From positions 32,001 through 96,000 of the IMG/VR virus record IMGVR_UViG_3300037502_002145: 64,000 bases of DNA; one strand, written 5' to 3'. This document shows, in pieces, positions 42,464-51,792 of the stretch. Numbering within the stretch: position 1 is the first letter of the stretch; each line of letters starts with the position of its first letter. The DNA comes from a virus. Both the position numbers and the translations under genes were made by a program. The notes under the pieces were generated by a model, which was not told the origin of the DNA, did no database searches, and saw only the letters and a list, made by a program, of their open reading frames with translations.

Positions 42464-43051
42464 ATGACTAACAATAATAGTAATAACAAAAACAAGAAGC
42501 AACATTATGTTATGCCTTATGAAAAATTGAGGAAAGAAGCCATAAAAGATGGTCAAAAACTCAATTCACAACTTAGAGGAATTGTAGTTAAGACAACGTT
42601 ATTTGCTGGGGTTGTAGCTTCTTTAAAATACTGTAATAACACAGAACAGAATATATCTGAAGCTGAAGTGGTTAAGCCTGTAAGTATAGAAGAAATACAA
42701 AAAAATTACGAAAAATACAATCCAGAAATGTTTGACATAGATGAATTACTTAATGATTATAACAGCGCATATACTATAGAAGATGTAAAAGAAGTAAATG
42801 AATTATATTCAGGACAATATATTGAACTAACAGGAGAGATTAAAAATGAATATATCGGATCAGTTGATGGAGATTTTATCACTTTACAAGGTGAAGAATC
42901 TAAGTGGATGAGCGTCCAGTGCAATATTGAAGATAAACTAGAACTTGAAGAATTAAAAGAATACAAGGTGGGTGATGATATAACAATACAAGGTTATTGC
43001 GTTGGAGGAAATGGTTTAAGTGTGAAGATTAACGATTGTATAATCAAGTAA
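42464..43051 (+). CDS. Membrane-anchored OB-fold (tRNA_anti-like) protein
   Basis: TM segment; YSGQYIELTGEI...VQC..YKVGDDITIQGYCVG..INDC. Confidence 0.65.
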   Translation: MTNNNSNNKNKKQHYVMPYEKLRKEAIKDGQKLNSQLRGIVVKTTLFAGVVASLKYCNNTEQNISEAEVVKPVSIEEIQKNYEKYNPEMFDIDELLNDYNSAYTIEDVKEVNELYSGQYIELTGEIKNEYIGSVDGDFITLQGEESKWMSVQCNIEDKLELEELKEYKVGDDITIQGYCVGGNGLSVKINDCIIK

Positions 43052-43230
43052 AGGAGTGAAATGTATGACAATCTTAATTAAGAAAAAGAAATATAATACT
43101 AAGACAGTAATTAGAAAAATTAAGAGAGTACTTTTTACAATAGCTAGTGCAACTGAATACACAATGTGGTAAAATTGAAGGTACAAAAGATAAATATTAC
43201 AGGTGATTAACTTAAAAGAGGACAATATTT

Positions 43231-43851
43231 ATGAAAATAATAAATGAGTTAAAAAAAGTTTTTTTTGATAAAATTAATGCAAAAACTAATATACAGAGTA
43301 TTAATATATCTATTAAAGAAATAATTCATATTTTAATTTTAGCAACTGCTATACAAACATTTGGAACAATGATATTGCAACTGCTTTATTTATTAGAGGT
43401 GGATTCAATTAAAATTTATTTTGAGTATGTAGAAAATTTTGATATTGAAACTAGTTTATTTTATAGGATTTTTTACACTCCCATATTAGAAGAAATTTAT
43501 TTAAGGTTTGTTATTTTAAAAATATTTTTTATACAACTGATGGAATTATCTTTTTTTGTTGCTAATATTATTCAATCTATGATTTTTGCTGTGATGCATG
43601 GTAATATTGTACAGGTCTTTTACTCATCTTTATTTGGCATTTTAGTATGATGTTTATATGTTAAATATAAGAAACTATTGATATGTGTTATATTTCATGT
43701 ATATATGAATTTTACTGGAAATATTGCTACATCAATAATACATCCTATATTAGATAACAAATTACTAATTGTAATATTTATAGTAATTGGTGGTATGGTA
43801 ACGTTTATGGAGATTAAAAGATTATTTTTTAATAATAATTTAACAATATGA
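43231..43851 (+). pseudogene. CPBP/Abi intramembrane metalloprotease interrupted by an in-frame TGA at 43648-43650
   Basis: EEIYLR and FAVMH motifs before the stop; HVYMN motif and a TM helix in the same frame after it. Confidence 0.7.
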
Positions 43852-44206
43852 AAGAAGAGTAGTTTTATTTGGAAAAATACACCATAAATGGTGTGTTATA
43901 ATACCTTTTTATAAAAATATAACATAATTAATATAAAACTTTAAAAAATGTATTGACACTTTTACCTTTAGGTGTTATATTTATATCACAAAGCAAACAA
44001 TAATATAAAACTTTAAAATTGTTTGCATAATACATCAAGGAAATGAATATAATACTATATAAAGGTGAAGGAGAGTGTCTGATAAATATGAATAATACAA
44101 TATGTTTATATTGAATACAAGTGAATTGATAAGGAGAAAAAATAATGAAAAATATTAAAGATGATTCTAGCTGACTAATAATAATGAAATGAGAGGATGA
44201 TTATAT

Positions 44207-44635
44207 ATGAATAATACTATGATTAAAAATGATCAATTCAATAAAGTAAAACGAGAATTTAAAAGAGGCGAAGTTTGTTGGGCATACTGTCCTGAATTAG
44301 AAGATAGTCAAATTCAAGGTGGGTGGAGACCTATAGTTATTATTGCAAATGACAAAGCTGGTAAGTATTCACCAACACTACAATATATACCATTAACGAC
44401 TGAAATTAAAAGAGAAGATTTACCTATTCATGTTGTACTTAAATCTGGAAACTTGAAAGAAACTTCAATGGCATTAGGAGAACAATTAAATTGTATAGAC
44501 ACTCACAGAATAAAAAGTACAATCGGAATGGTTTCAAATAGAGATATGTATTTAATAGAGATGATAGCACTAAAGCAACTGGGAATCAATGTGTATGATT
44601 TTATGAGAAATATGAAACTCCAACATGTAGGATAA
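44207..44635 (+). CDS. mazF: MazF/PemK-family endoribonuclease
   Basis: KRGEVCWA, GGWRPIVIIAND, IPLTT, HVVL, EQLNCID; no adjacent MazE. Confidence 0.8.
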   Translation: MNNTMIKNDQFNKVKREFKRGEVCWAYCPELEDSQIQGGWRPIVIIANDKAGKYSPTLQYIPLTTEIKREDLPIHVVLKSGNLKETSMALGEQLNCIDTHRIKSTIGMVSNRDMYLIEMIALKQLGINVYDFMRNMKLQHVG

Positions 44636-44719
44636 TTTGTATTGACAAAAAATGCAATTATATGCTAATATTGAATTAATACAGTTACATATTTATATTG
44701 TTAGGGGGCGATAATATAT

Positions 44720-45967
44720 ATGAAGATGGATGAAGATAAACTTAGAGAAGTTTTAAGAGAAGCAATTTTAGATTTAAATAAAAAACCAAATTATATAGAA
44801 ACAAGATTTAAAGAAATGATGCATACGATGTATAATATAACACCGGGGGATTCGGCAGATATATTAAATGGTAAGCTTGCAGTTGAACTAATGTCTGATG
44901 ATATGATGTTTAAATTAACTAGTGTGTTATTTGAGATTAACTCACATCTAGATGATGGATATAATACAATAAAATTAGATGTGACCAAGTATTTTTTTGA
45001 CAATGAAATTAATAAATACAAAGAAAAGATAAAAAAAGAAAAAGTATACGGTGATATAATATTTGATAATTGGCTTAAAATTGATGAAGATCATTATAAA
45101 GTTGTATTAGAAAACGATGAACTGTATGAATTGTGTAGTACAAATAGAATTAGATACAATCCTGAAACACAAAGAGATTTAACAATAAAAGAAACTAAGA
45201 CTGGTATAGTAAAGCAAATAACTTATTCTGAAGACGCTTTAAATGATATAGTATTGTCGATGGAAAACAATCGATATATAACTGACGATTTGAGTTTTAA
45301 TGTTAATCCGGATTATTATGAACCACCTAGAGTAATTAATAATAAGTTAGTCGCTTCTGGAAAAACGGTATTTGATTGTATTGACGGATATCATAGAATA
45401 AAAGCGTTTATAATAGTGAAGATGAAAAACCCAAATTGGAACAAAAGAATGTCAATTAATATAATGAGTTTTGATAAAGATAAGGCTAATCAGTGGATAA
45501 TACAACAAGACGAAAAAGTTCATTTATCAGATGAACAAGTAACTAGATCTGATAATACCGATGCTGCTAATGCCATTATAAAAAAATTAAATGAAAGTAG
45601 TACGTTTATTTTTAGAGATACATTATCTGACATTAAGTATAGTTTGAATAAAATGATAAATAAAATTTTTAATCCTAAAAAACTTAATACAATTCAAGAT
45701 AGACAGGATGCAGCCAAGTTAAGTAAAACAATTGAAAAAAATATTAATGATTTAATTGAAGAAAAAAATCTATTTAGCAGTCCTTTTACAAAAGAAGAAT
45801 GGTTTGTATATCTTTATTTATTAAAATACAGTTTAGACAGTAAAAAAAACTTCGTAGATGTTGTTAGTAGCATATCAGTTGATGTTATATTAAACGAAAT
45901 TGCTTTTGTGAATGAACCATTAAAAAAACATTATAATTTATTAAATGAGGTGATTAAAAATGTATAA
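44720..45967 (+). CDS. ParB/DndB-like (DGxHR) protein, SPbeta YopQ-like
   Basis: YNPETQR and CIDGYHR motifs; overlaps the downstream integrase-fold gene. Confidence 0.6.
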   Translation: MKMDEDKLREVLREAILDLNKKPNYIETRFKEMMHTMYNITPGDSADILNGKLAVELMSDDMMFKLTSVLFEINSHLDDGYNTIKLDVTKYFFDNEINKYKEKIKKEKVYGDIIFDNWLKIDEDHYKVVLENDELYELCSTNRIRYNPETQRDLTIKETKTGIVKQITYSEDALNDIVLSMENNRYITDDLSFNVNPDYYEPPRVINNKLVASGKTVFDCIDGYHRIKAFIIVKMKNPNWNKRMSINIMSFDKDKANQWIIQQDEKVHLSDEQVTRSDNTDAANAIIKKLNESSTFIFRDTLSDIKYSLNKMINKIFNPKKLNTIQDRQDAAKLSKTIEKNINDLIEEKNLFSSPFTKEEWFVYLYLLKYSLDSKKNFVDVVSSISVDVILNEIAFVNEPLKKHYNLLNEVIKNV

Positions 45968-46922
45968 TCCAAAGCAAAAAGAATGGTATATGAAAGATAG
46001 TAACTACGAAGAAACGACTGTAGAATTATTAGAAAAGATATTTAATTCAACTGAGTTTGAAGAAAATAATGTTTTTGAAAAAGACGTGTGTTATTTTAAT
46101 CAATTAGAGGTTACAGATCTTTTAAAAAGTTTAAATTCTAAATCAAGATTGAGGCTGCAAAATATTTGTGTATATTTAAAAAAATATTATGACTGGTGTT
46201 ATAGAAAAAATATAGTTCAAAATATTGACAATCCATTTGATAGAACTATTACTGACATAATTATTGACGATATAATACCAAAAGAGGATATTAGTGATAA
46301 ATATTTTAATGAAGAAACATTGTTGGAGTACAAAGATAAAGTAAAAGACCCAATGAATAAATTTATTTTATATGCGATATATAGTAGTATTAAAGGTGAT
46401 GAATATTGTGATTTAGTTAATTTAAAAATGAGTGATTTAGACGAAAAAAATAAGACTGTTACAACTATAAGTGGAAGGATTGTAGAGGTAAATGATTTAT
46501 TCATACAACTAATGAAAGACGCTGACAGACAAACACATTACTATCCAAATGGTGAAATACCTGAAACAAATTTTGATAATAATCGTTATCCTGATAGTCC
46601 ATATGTTATTAAGACCTGTAGAGCAACTCCTGATCCTGTAAAATACCAAATAGTAGCAAACAGATTAAAAGTAATAAAAAATCAAACAGAAAATGAGTTT
46701 ATGAGTGTTAACATATTATATAAGAATGGGTTAGTTAATTATATACAGAAAAAATTTGCTCTTAAAAACATTACATTAAAAACAGCGCTTACTCAAAAAA
46801 TAAATGGTAGAACATACACTTATGATACAGAAACAGAACAATATATTAAAGAGTTTGGATCATTAATTACGGTAAGAATGTTAAGAAGAGAAATAGTAGA
46901 TTATTTGAATTGTTATGAATAA
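45960..46922 (+). CDS. Catalytically degenerate tyrosine-recombinase-fold protein, YopR/MrpR-like master repressor
   Basis: MYN..QKEWY..FE...EKDV.YF N-terminus; IKGDEYCDLVNLK replaces GxR; no HxxR; synteny with the YopQ-like gene. Confidence 0.65.
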   Translation: MYNPKQKEWYMKDSNYEETTVELLEKIFNSTEFEENNVFEKDVCYFNQLEVTDLLKSLNSKSRLRLQNICVYLKKYYDWCYRKNIVQNIDNPFDRTITDIIIDDIIPKEDISDKYFNEETLLEYKDKVKDPMNKFILYAIYSSIKGDEYCDLVNLKMSDLDEKNKTVTTISGRIVEVNDLFIQLMKDADRQTHYYPNGEIPETNFDNNRYPDSPYVIKTCRATPDPVKYQIVANRLKVIKNQTENEFMSVNILYKNGLVNYIQKKFALKNITLKTALTQKINGRTYTYDTETEQYIKEFGSLITVRMLRREIVDYLNCYE

Positions 46923-47032
46923 TTTTTTGGTGGAGAAATCCGCCTTAAAATTAAGGCTAATATGATAAATATAAAACTAACATAGAATAAATAAGCATTG
47001 AAATATTTATTAAAATATGATACTATATTAAC

Positions 47033-47046
47033 AGAACATGTGTTTG
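47033..47046. promoter_or_regulatory. Firmicutes LexA (SOS) box
   Basis: AGAAC-ATGT-GTTTG matches GAAC-N4-GTTY, just downstream of a TTGAAA/TACTAT promoter. Confidence 0.55.
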
Positions 47047-47200
47047 TATTTTGCTAAACAAAAAAAATAATAGTCCAGTAACTTTGGTCGGCTGACTGGA
47101 CTATTATTAGATATAAACCTATATACGCATAAGGTGTTTATATTATAACATATAATACCTTACGTATCAACAATTTTAATTAGACACGGGAGGGTTTTAA

Positions 47201-47596
47201 ATGAGCTATAGTGAAAAAAAATGTATTGGATACCCAAAAACTGAAATAACAAAAATCAACATCGAAAGATTGAAAAACCAATTAAAACAATTTGAGAATG
47301 TTAATGAACTTGTTGAATACACAGTAACAGAAAGCTTTAAAAAAAGACAAGATATTACATATAGTTTATATAACTTAAAGATAGAAACTGAAGATGAATA
47401 CGTAGTATGTGATGATGCAGATGGTGTATTAAGTGAAGAAAGTGAAGAAATTTTAATCGTAGATCCAGTGTTAAGAATGTTTTTAATTGAATCTATTAAT
47501 GAAATCATAGAAACATGTTATGAAGACGATAACCATTATTATGTTAAAATCATGTTCAAAGATGGGACAATAGATATAAATGCATTAATTAACTAA
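47201..47596 (+). CDS. Hypothetical protein, possibly SOS-inducible
   Basis: 131 aa with GGGAGG RBS; LexA box and hairpin in the leader. Confidence 0.55.
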   Translation: MSYSEKKCIGYPKTEITKINIERLKNQLKQFENVNELVEYTVTESFKKRQDITYSLYNLKIETEDEYVVCDDADGVLSEESEEILIVDPVLRMFLIESINEIIETCYEDDNHYYVKIMFKDGTIDINALIN

Positions 47597-47953
47597 GAGA
47601 GAAAGGCAGTCTAACGGCTGCCAAATTTTTTAAATTCAAGGAAATAAATATAAAACTGAGTGTTGACAAGTGGTAATACATGTGATATGATTAACTCAGA
47701 TGATAAAGAGAGGGGCGAAAGCTGGTGAATTCAAGTTGAAAACTTATAGAGATATTCAAATTCTAGATATAAAAATCAAATACAACGAGAAATTAATTAA
47801 AATAGAAGAAACAAAAGATAAACCAGATCAAAAGAAAATAAATAAATGGTTAGAAAACATAGAAATACATGAGAAAGAGAAGAAAGAAGATTGATGAAAT
47901 AGGAGTTTTATTCACCAAGGTTATTAATATAAAACTAAAAGGAGTTAGAATAT

Positions 47954-48277
47954 ATGTGGAAATGTAGAATGTGCGGTAAAGAGTATAATGATATTAAAGA
48001 TGTAATGAGTTGTGAATCCAATTGTTATCCTGAATATGAAAAGAAAAGACAAGAAAAATTCAATGCTGAATTAACAGAAGATATGAATAAGTTAAACACA
48101 TTAAGAGAAGAATACATAAGATTTTCAGAAAAGATGTTAAATAAATATGATAAAAAGAGTTTAGTTAAATTTCTTGGAATGTTTGGAGTACAAAACACGT
48201 TTACGATTGACATGGTTAGAAACAAAGAACAATATGGAAATAATGTATTAGACAAGATATTTGGCTTAATAGAATAG
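47954..48277 (+). CDS. Zn-ribbon/coiled-coil hypothetical protein
   Basis: WKCRMCGKEY..CE..C. Confidence 0.5.
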   Translation: MWKCRMCGKEYNDIKDVMSCESNCYPEYEKKRQEKFNAELTEDMNKLNTLREEYIRFSEKMLNKYDKKSLVKFLGMFGVQNTFTIDMVRNKEQYGNNVLDKIFGLIE

Positions 48278-48338
48278 GAATCAAAGAAGTCTTTTATAAA
48301 GAAACTAATATAAAACTAAAACAAGAAAGGATGTTTAA

Positions 48339-49154
48339 ATGGAGAATGAATTAAAAGTAACTGGTAAGCAAACATTTATGGGAATTGAAATTCCGGTAAT
48401 AGAAGGAGGATTTGGAGAAGATAAACGAATTGTAACAGCTAAAACTATTTCAGAGATACATAACATTGAGATTAAAGAGATCACAAAATCAATAAACCGC
48501 TTAATATCAAAGAACAGGATAAAAGAAAATGTTGATTATGTTGATATAATTTCACAGGTAAACACTTTACCTATGAATCTGGAAGAGGTTTTTGGTATTA
48601 AACCAGCTTATTTATCAAGAACACAAAATGCATTTATTTTGTCTGAAAGAGGATATTCAAAATTAATCAAGGCAATGGATGATGATAAGTCTTGGGATGT
48701 AATGGATCAATTTATTGATGAATATTTTGATATGAGAAAAGTGATTAAAACTGTTATATCAGAAAGAACACTTGCTATTGCTGGCATTGTTGATGCTAAA
48801 ACAGATGTAGAAAGAGCAGTTGCAATTAGTGATTTTGAAAAAGTAATTACACAGCCTCTAGTTAAAGTGATTGAAGAACAAAAGCCTTTAGCTGCATTAG
48901 CAGAATTGAGAATAGACAAAAAGGGTTGTTATTCATTAACCGATGTAACTAAAACTTTAGGATTGAAAAAGGGTCAGATTACAAGATGGGCTAAATCCAA
49001 AGAATACATACATAAGAAACTAAGTGAAGTTAATCAAGCTGGTGAACAATTTTTCAAGGTATATTCATCAGATGGAGTACATAACAGTATTGGTATTAAA
49101 GATGAAGGTTTACAAGAGATAAATATGAAATTAGAAGAAATTAAAACTTATTAA
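48339..49154 (+). CDS. ORF6N plus ANT/KilAC antirepressor-like protein
   Basis: IPVIEGGFG, LSERGYSKLIK, IDEYFDMR; C-terminal KP..YSLTDVTKTLG. Confidence 0.75.
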   Translation: MENELKVTGKQTFMGIEIPVIEGGFGEDKRIVTAKTISEIHNIEIKEITKSINRLISKNRIKENVDYVDIISQVNTLPMNLEEVFGIKPAYLSRTQNAFILSERGYSKLIKAMDDDKSWDVMDQFIDEYFDMRKVIKTVISERTLAIAGIVDAKTDVERAVAISDFEKVITQPLVKVIEEQKPLAALAELRIDKKGCYSLTDVTKTLGLKKGQITRWAKSKEYIHKKLSEVNQAGEQFFKVYSSDGVHNSIGIKDEGLQEINMKLEEIKTY

Positions 49155-49668
49155 CACGAAGAAATAAAACCAAGATTTTATAAAGAGAAAGGAGATTACT
49201 ATGACTTGTGAAAAATGTGGTAACGATGATGGCGATAAATATTGTTTTCCACCGGAAGAAGGAAACGATCAATTTGAAACACTAGAATATGAAAGTTCAA
49301 CATCAAACTGGGATGATTGGGATTTTTGTGGAAGTTTTAAATGTAAAAAATGTGGGCATATTAGAACGGTTAGTCAGTAAAACTGGTATTTCATCAACGT
49401 CACTAATATAATACCTAGAAAGGAGATTGCTATGATTTACGTTTTGCCACCTACTACTGAAGATAAATATGGAGAAGAATTCCACAAGCCAACTCAGGCT
49501 GAATTAGACGATATTTTCAGAGAGGAGGATGGCGAAGATGAGTCTATACAAGATAATTGAATTATTGGTATACATAGTTTGTGGCGGATATATTACATAT
49601 AGTGTTTTTACATGTATTGGAATAGTGTCAGGAAGAAAAAGAACGAGATAAAAGTCAATTTTTATTAA

Positions 49669-50118
49669 GTGGGAAGGAGTAGTATGGAAAGATTAACAAA
49701 GCAATATTCTGCTGGTTATGGGTTATTAAAAACAAATGATGAATTTTGTGATTCTTACTGTAAAAAACAGATGGTTGAAACGTGTAATGAATGTGCTATT
49801 AATGAAGCAATACATAAATTGGCAGAGTATGAAAATACAGGACTAACACCAGAAGTTTGTAAAAATTATAAACTGTTTGAAGACGAAGTTATAGCCAGTG
49901 GTAGAGATTTTAACTACATATTAAAATTATTAAAAGATGATGTAAAGCGTAAACCTATGAAACCAGAAAGGTTAACATATAAAGCCTTGCTTGAATTGGG
50001 TTGGAGATGGCAATGCCCCAATTGTATGGCAGCAACTGGTGAAAACATTTATCACCCAGATGTAACGGGTGATGAAAACTATTGTTGCACTTGTGGACAG
50101 AAACTTGATTGGAAATAA
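49669..50118 (+). CDS. Hypothetical protein with C-terminal Zn ribbon
   Basis: KLAEYENTGLTPE; CPNC..YCCTCGQKLDW. Confidence 0.6.
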   Translation: MGRSSMERLTKQYSAGYGLLKTNDEFCDSYCKKQMVETCNECAINEAIHKLAEYENTGLTPEVCKNYKLFEDEVIASGRDFNYILKLLKDDVKRKPMKPERLTYKALLELGWRWQCPNCMAATGENIYHPDVTGDENYCCTCGQKLDWK

Positions 50119-50332
50119 AATGTGGATTTTAAATGGAAAGGCGTAACATGAAAATTAAAAATAAAAAAGTAAGAGATGTCTTACATGATGTTATTAAGGA
50201 TCTTGCAAATGCAAGTAAAAATTCGTATAGTCTTGTAGGAGCAACTAGAAGAGATATTGACTCGGCAAGGTCGAGGATAAACACACTGTTAACGTTAATT
50301 GATTTTGAAGAAGAATAGAAAAGGAGAATAAT

Positions 50333-50545
50333 ATGAATAAATTTAGTCAAAGAGAGAATGAATTAATAACACATTGCTGGGATGAACCGGATAAGGTTAA
50401 GATCAATATTGATCCAACTACAAAAAGGGCAGTTATATACAACGCAGAAGATAATAAGATACTTTGTACACTAAGAAACAATGATGTTTTGGCGGAGCAG
50501 CTAATCTATTTATGTGACATAAAACCTACATATAAAAAGTTGTAA
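50333..50545 (+). CDS. Hypothetical protein
   Basis: 70 aa with AGGAG RBS. Confidence 0.45.
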   Translation: MNKFSQRENELITHCWDEPDKVKINIDPTTKRAVIYNAEDNKILCTLRNNDVLAEQLIYLCDIKPTYKKL

Positions 50546-50642
50546 ATTTTATCAAGAAAATAAATATAAAACTATTGACATGGTGATTTGAGTGTGCTAC
50601 AATTACTTTATCACCTAAGGACATTAATATAAAACATAAAAG

Positions 50643-50864
50643 GTGGTGAGAACAGTGAGAACAAAGGGGTTGTGTGTTTGCAGAAAATGTGGTAACACTT
50701 TTCATCAAAGCAAGATAAAAAAAATACATAAAGAAGTGTTAGGAATAGATTCAATTGAATTAGTATGTCCTAGATGCGAAAGTTTTAATTTTGGGTTGAT
50801 TAATTATCGTGAGTTATTTTCTTTAGAAGGTGTTTACAAAACTAGCAGATTTTTTAATAGATAA
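50643..50864 (+). CDS. Small Zn-ribbon protein
   Basis: CRKC...CPRC. Confidence 0.5.
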   Translation: MVRTVRTKGLCVCRKCGNTFHQSKIKKIHKEVLGIDSIELVCPRCESFNFGLINYRELFSLEGVYKTSRFFNR

Positions 50865-50894
50865 TAATCATACATTAGAAAGGAGCTGGGTCAA

Positions 50895-51101
50895 ATACAA
50901 TCATGGAAAAGTGTTGAGATCACAAAAGAAGATTTTAATAAATATAGGTGGTGTACAAAAGAAGAAATTAGAGAATATATAACTAGCCTAAGTATTAAGT
51001 TAGGGTGGAAACCTAGTGTCAGAGGTTATAAGGACACCAGATTGAAGGTTGATAATGGTAAATATTATGCTGAATGGCTACATGAATACAGTATATATTA
51101 A
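50895..51101 (+). CDS. Hypothetical protein, ATA start (68 aa)
   Basis: AAAGGAG RBS; open frame IQSWKSVEITKE...HEYSIY. Confidence 0.45.
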   Translation: MQSWKSVEITKEDFNKYRWCTKEEIREYITSLSIKLGWKPSVRGYKDTRLKVDNGKYYAEWLHEYSIY

Positions 51102-51230
51102 GTAAAGGATATTAATATAAAACTTAAATTAAATAAAATAAAACCGTGTTTTTATCAAGAAAAAAAGAAGTTTTACAATGGAATAATCAAAAATATTAAG
51201 ATTGTTCCAAATCAATTATTAAATATAATT

Positions 51231-51430
51231 GCGGTATATTCCCATGCCGAAAGGTGAGAACTTAATACATAATGAAACGAAATTTAAATGTTACTCACCA
51301 AAGCTTGAAATATAGCAGGCTGCTTAATAGCAGACATTTCAGTCAACCTCTAATAATGTAAATTATATAGTAGGTCGACAATCCTAGTAATTAAAATATT
51401 ACTTAGATATTTATTGTTAATCTTAAACAG
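51231..51430 (+). ncRNA. Putative Cas12f tracrRNA (ends approximate)
   Basis: Follows a TTGTTC/TATAAT promoter; contains hairpins; anti-repeat TATTGTTAATCTTAAAC (51412-51428) pairs 16/17 with the 5' part of repeat 3. Confidence 0.7.
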
Positions 51431-51519
51431 AAAAAATTATCTTAAAATAAGTCAAAAGTAATAGGTCGACAATCGAGACTGTGAAACACATTATAAATTC
51501 TTGATATTTTGAGTATCGG

Positions 51520-51746
51520 GTTTAAGGATAAACAATGTTGTAATGTGAATCATTCCGAATTGGTATAACGTTAGACGAATACAACGTTTAAGATAAATAA
51601 TATTGTAATGTGAATGAGTCTGGGGCTGAAAACGCTAGCACAAGTAGTTTAGGTTTAAGATGAACAATATTGTAATGTGAATCTCTATTCAGTGCTAAGT
51701 ATACTAGAACTAATCCGTTTAATATAAATAATATCTTAAGTTGAAT
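51520..51746 (+). CRISPR. Mini CRISPR array: 4 repeats of about 30 bp, 3 spacers
   Basis: Repeats at 51520-51550, 51586-51615, 51653-51682 and degenerate 51717-51746; consensus GTTTAAGATAAACAATATTGTAATGTGAAT; spacers of 35, 37 and 34 bp. Confidence 0.9.
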
Positions 51747-51792
51747 AAATATAACAATAATATATATAACAAATAGTAAAAGGAGAATGTAA

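Noticed and set aside
43648-43650. Alternative genetic code (TGA reassignment)
   Set aside because: Only one interrupted gene was seen. TGA, TAG and TAA all terminate other genes normally, and no suppressor tRNA is present.
51488-51519. Cryptic guide partially complementary to the tracrRNA promoter (51188-51203)
   Set aside because: The match is 12/14 in AT-rich DNA and lies in the PAM-distal part; the 5' seed does not pair.
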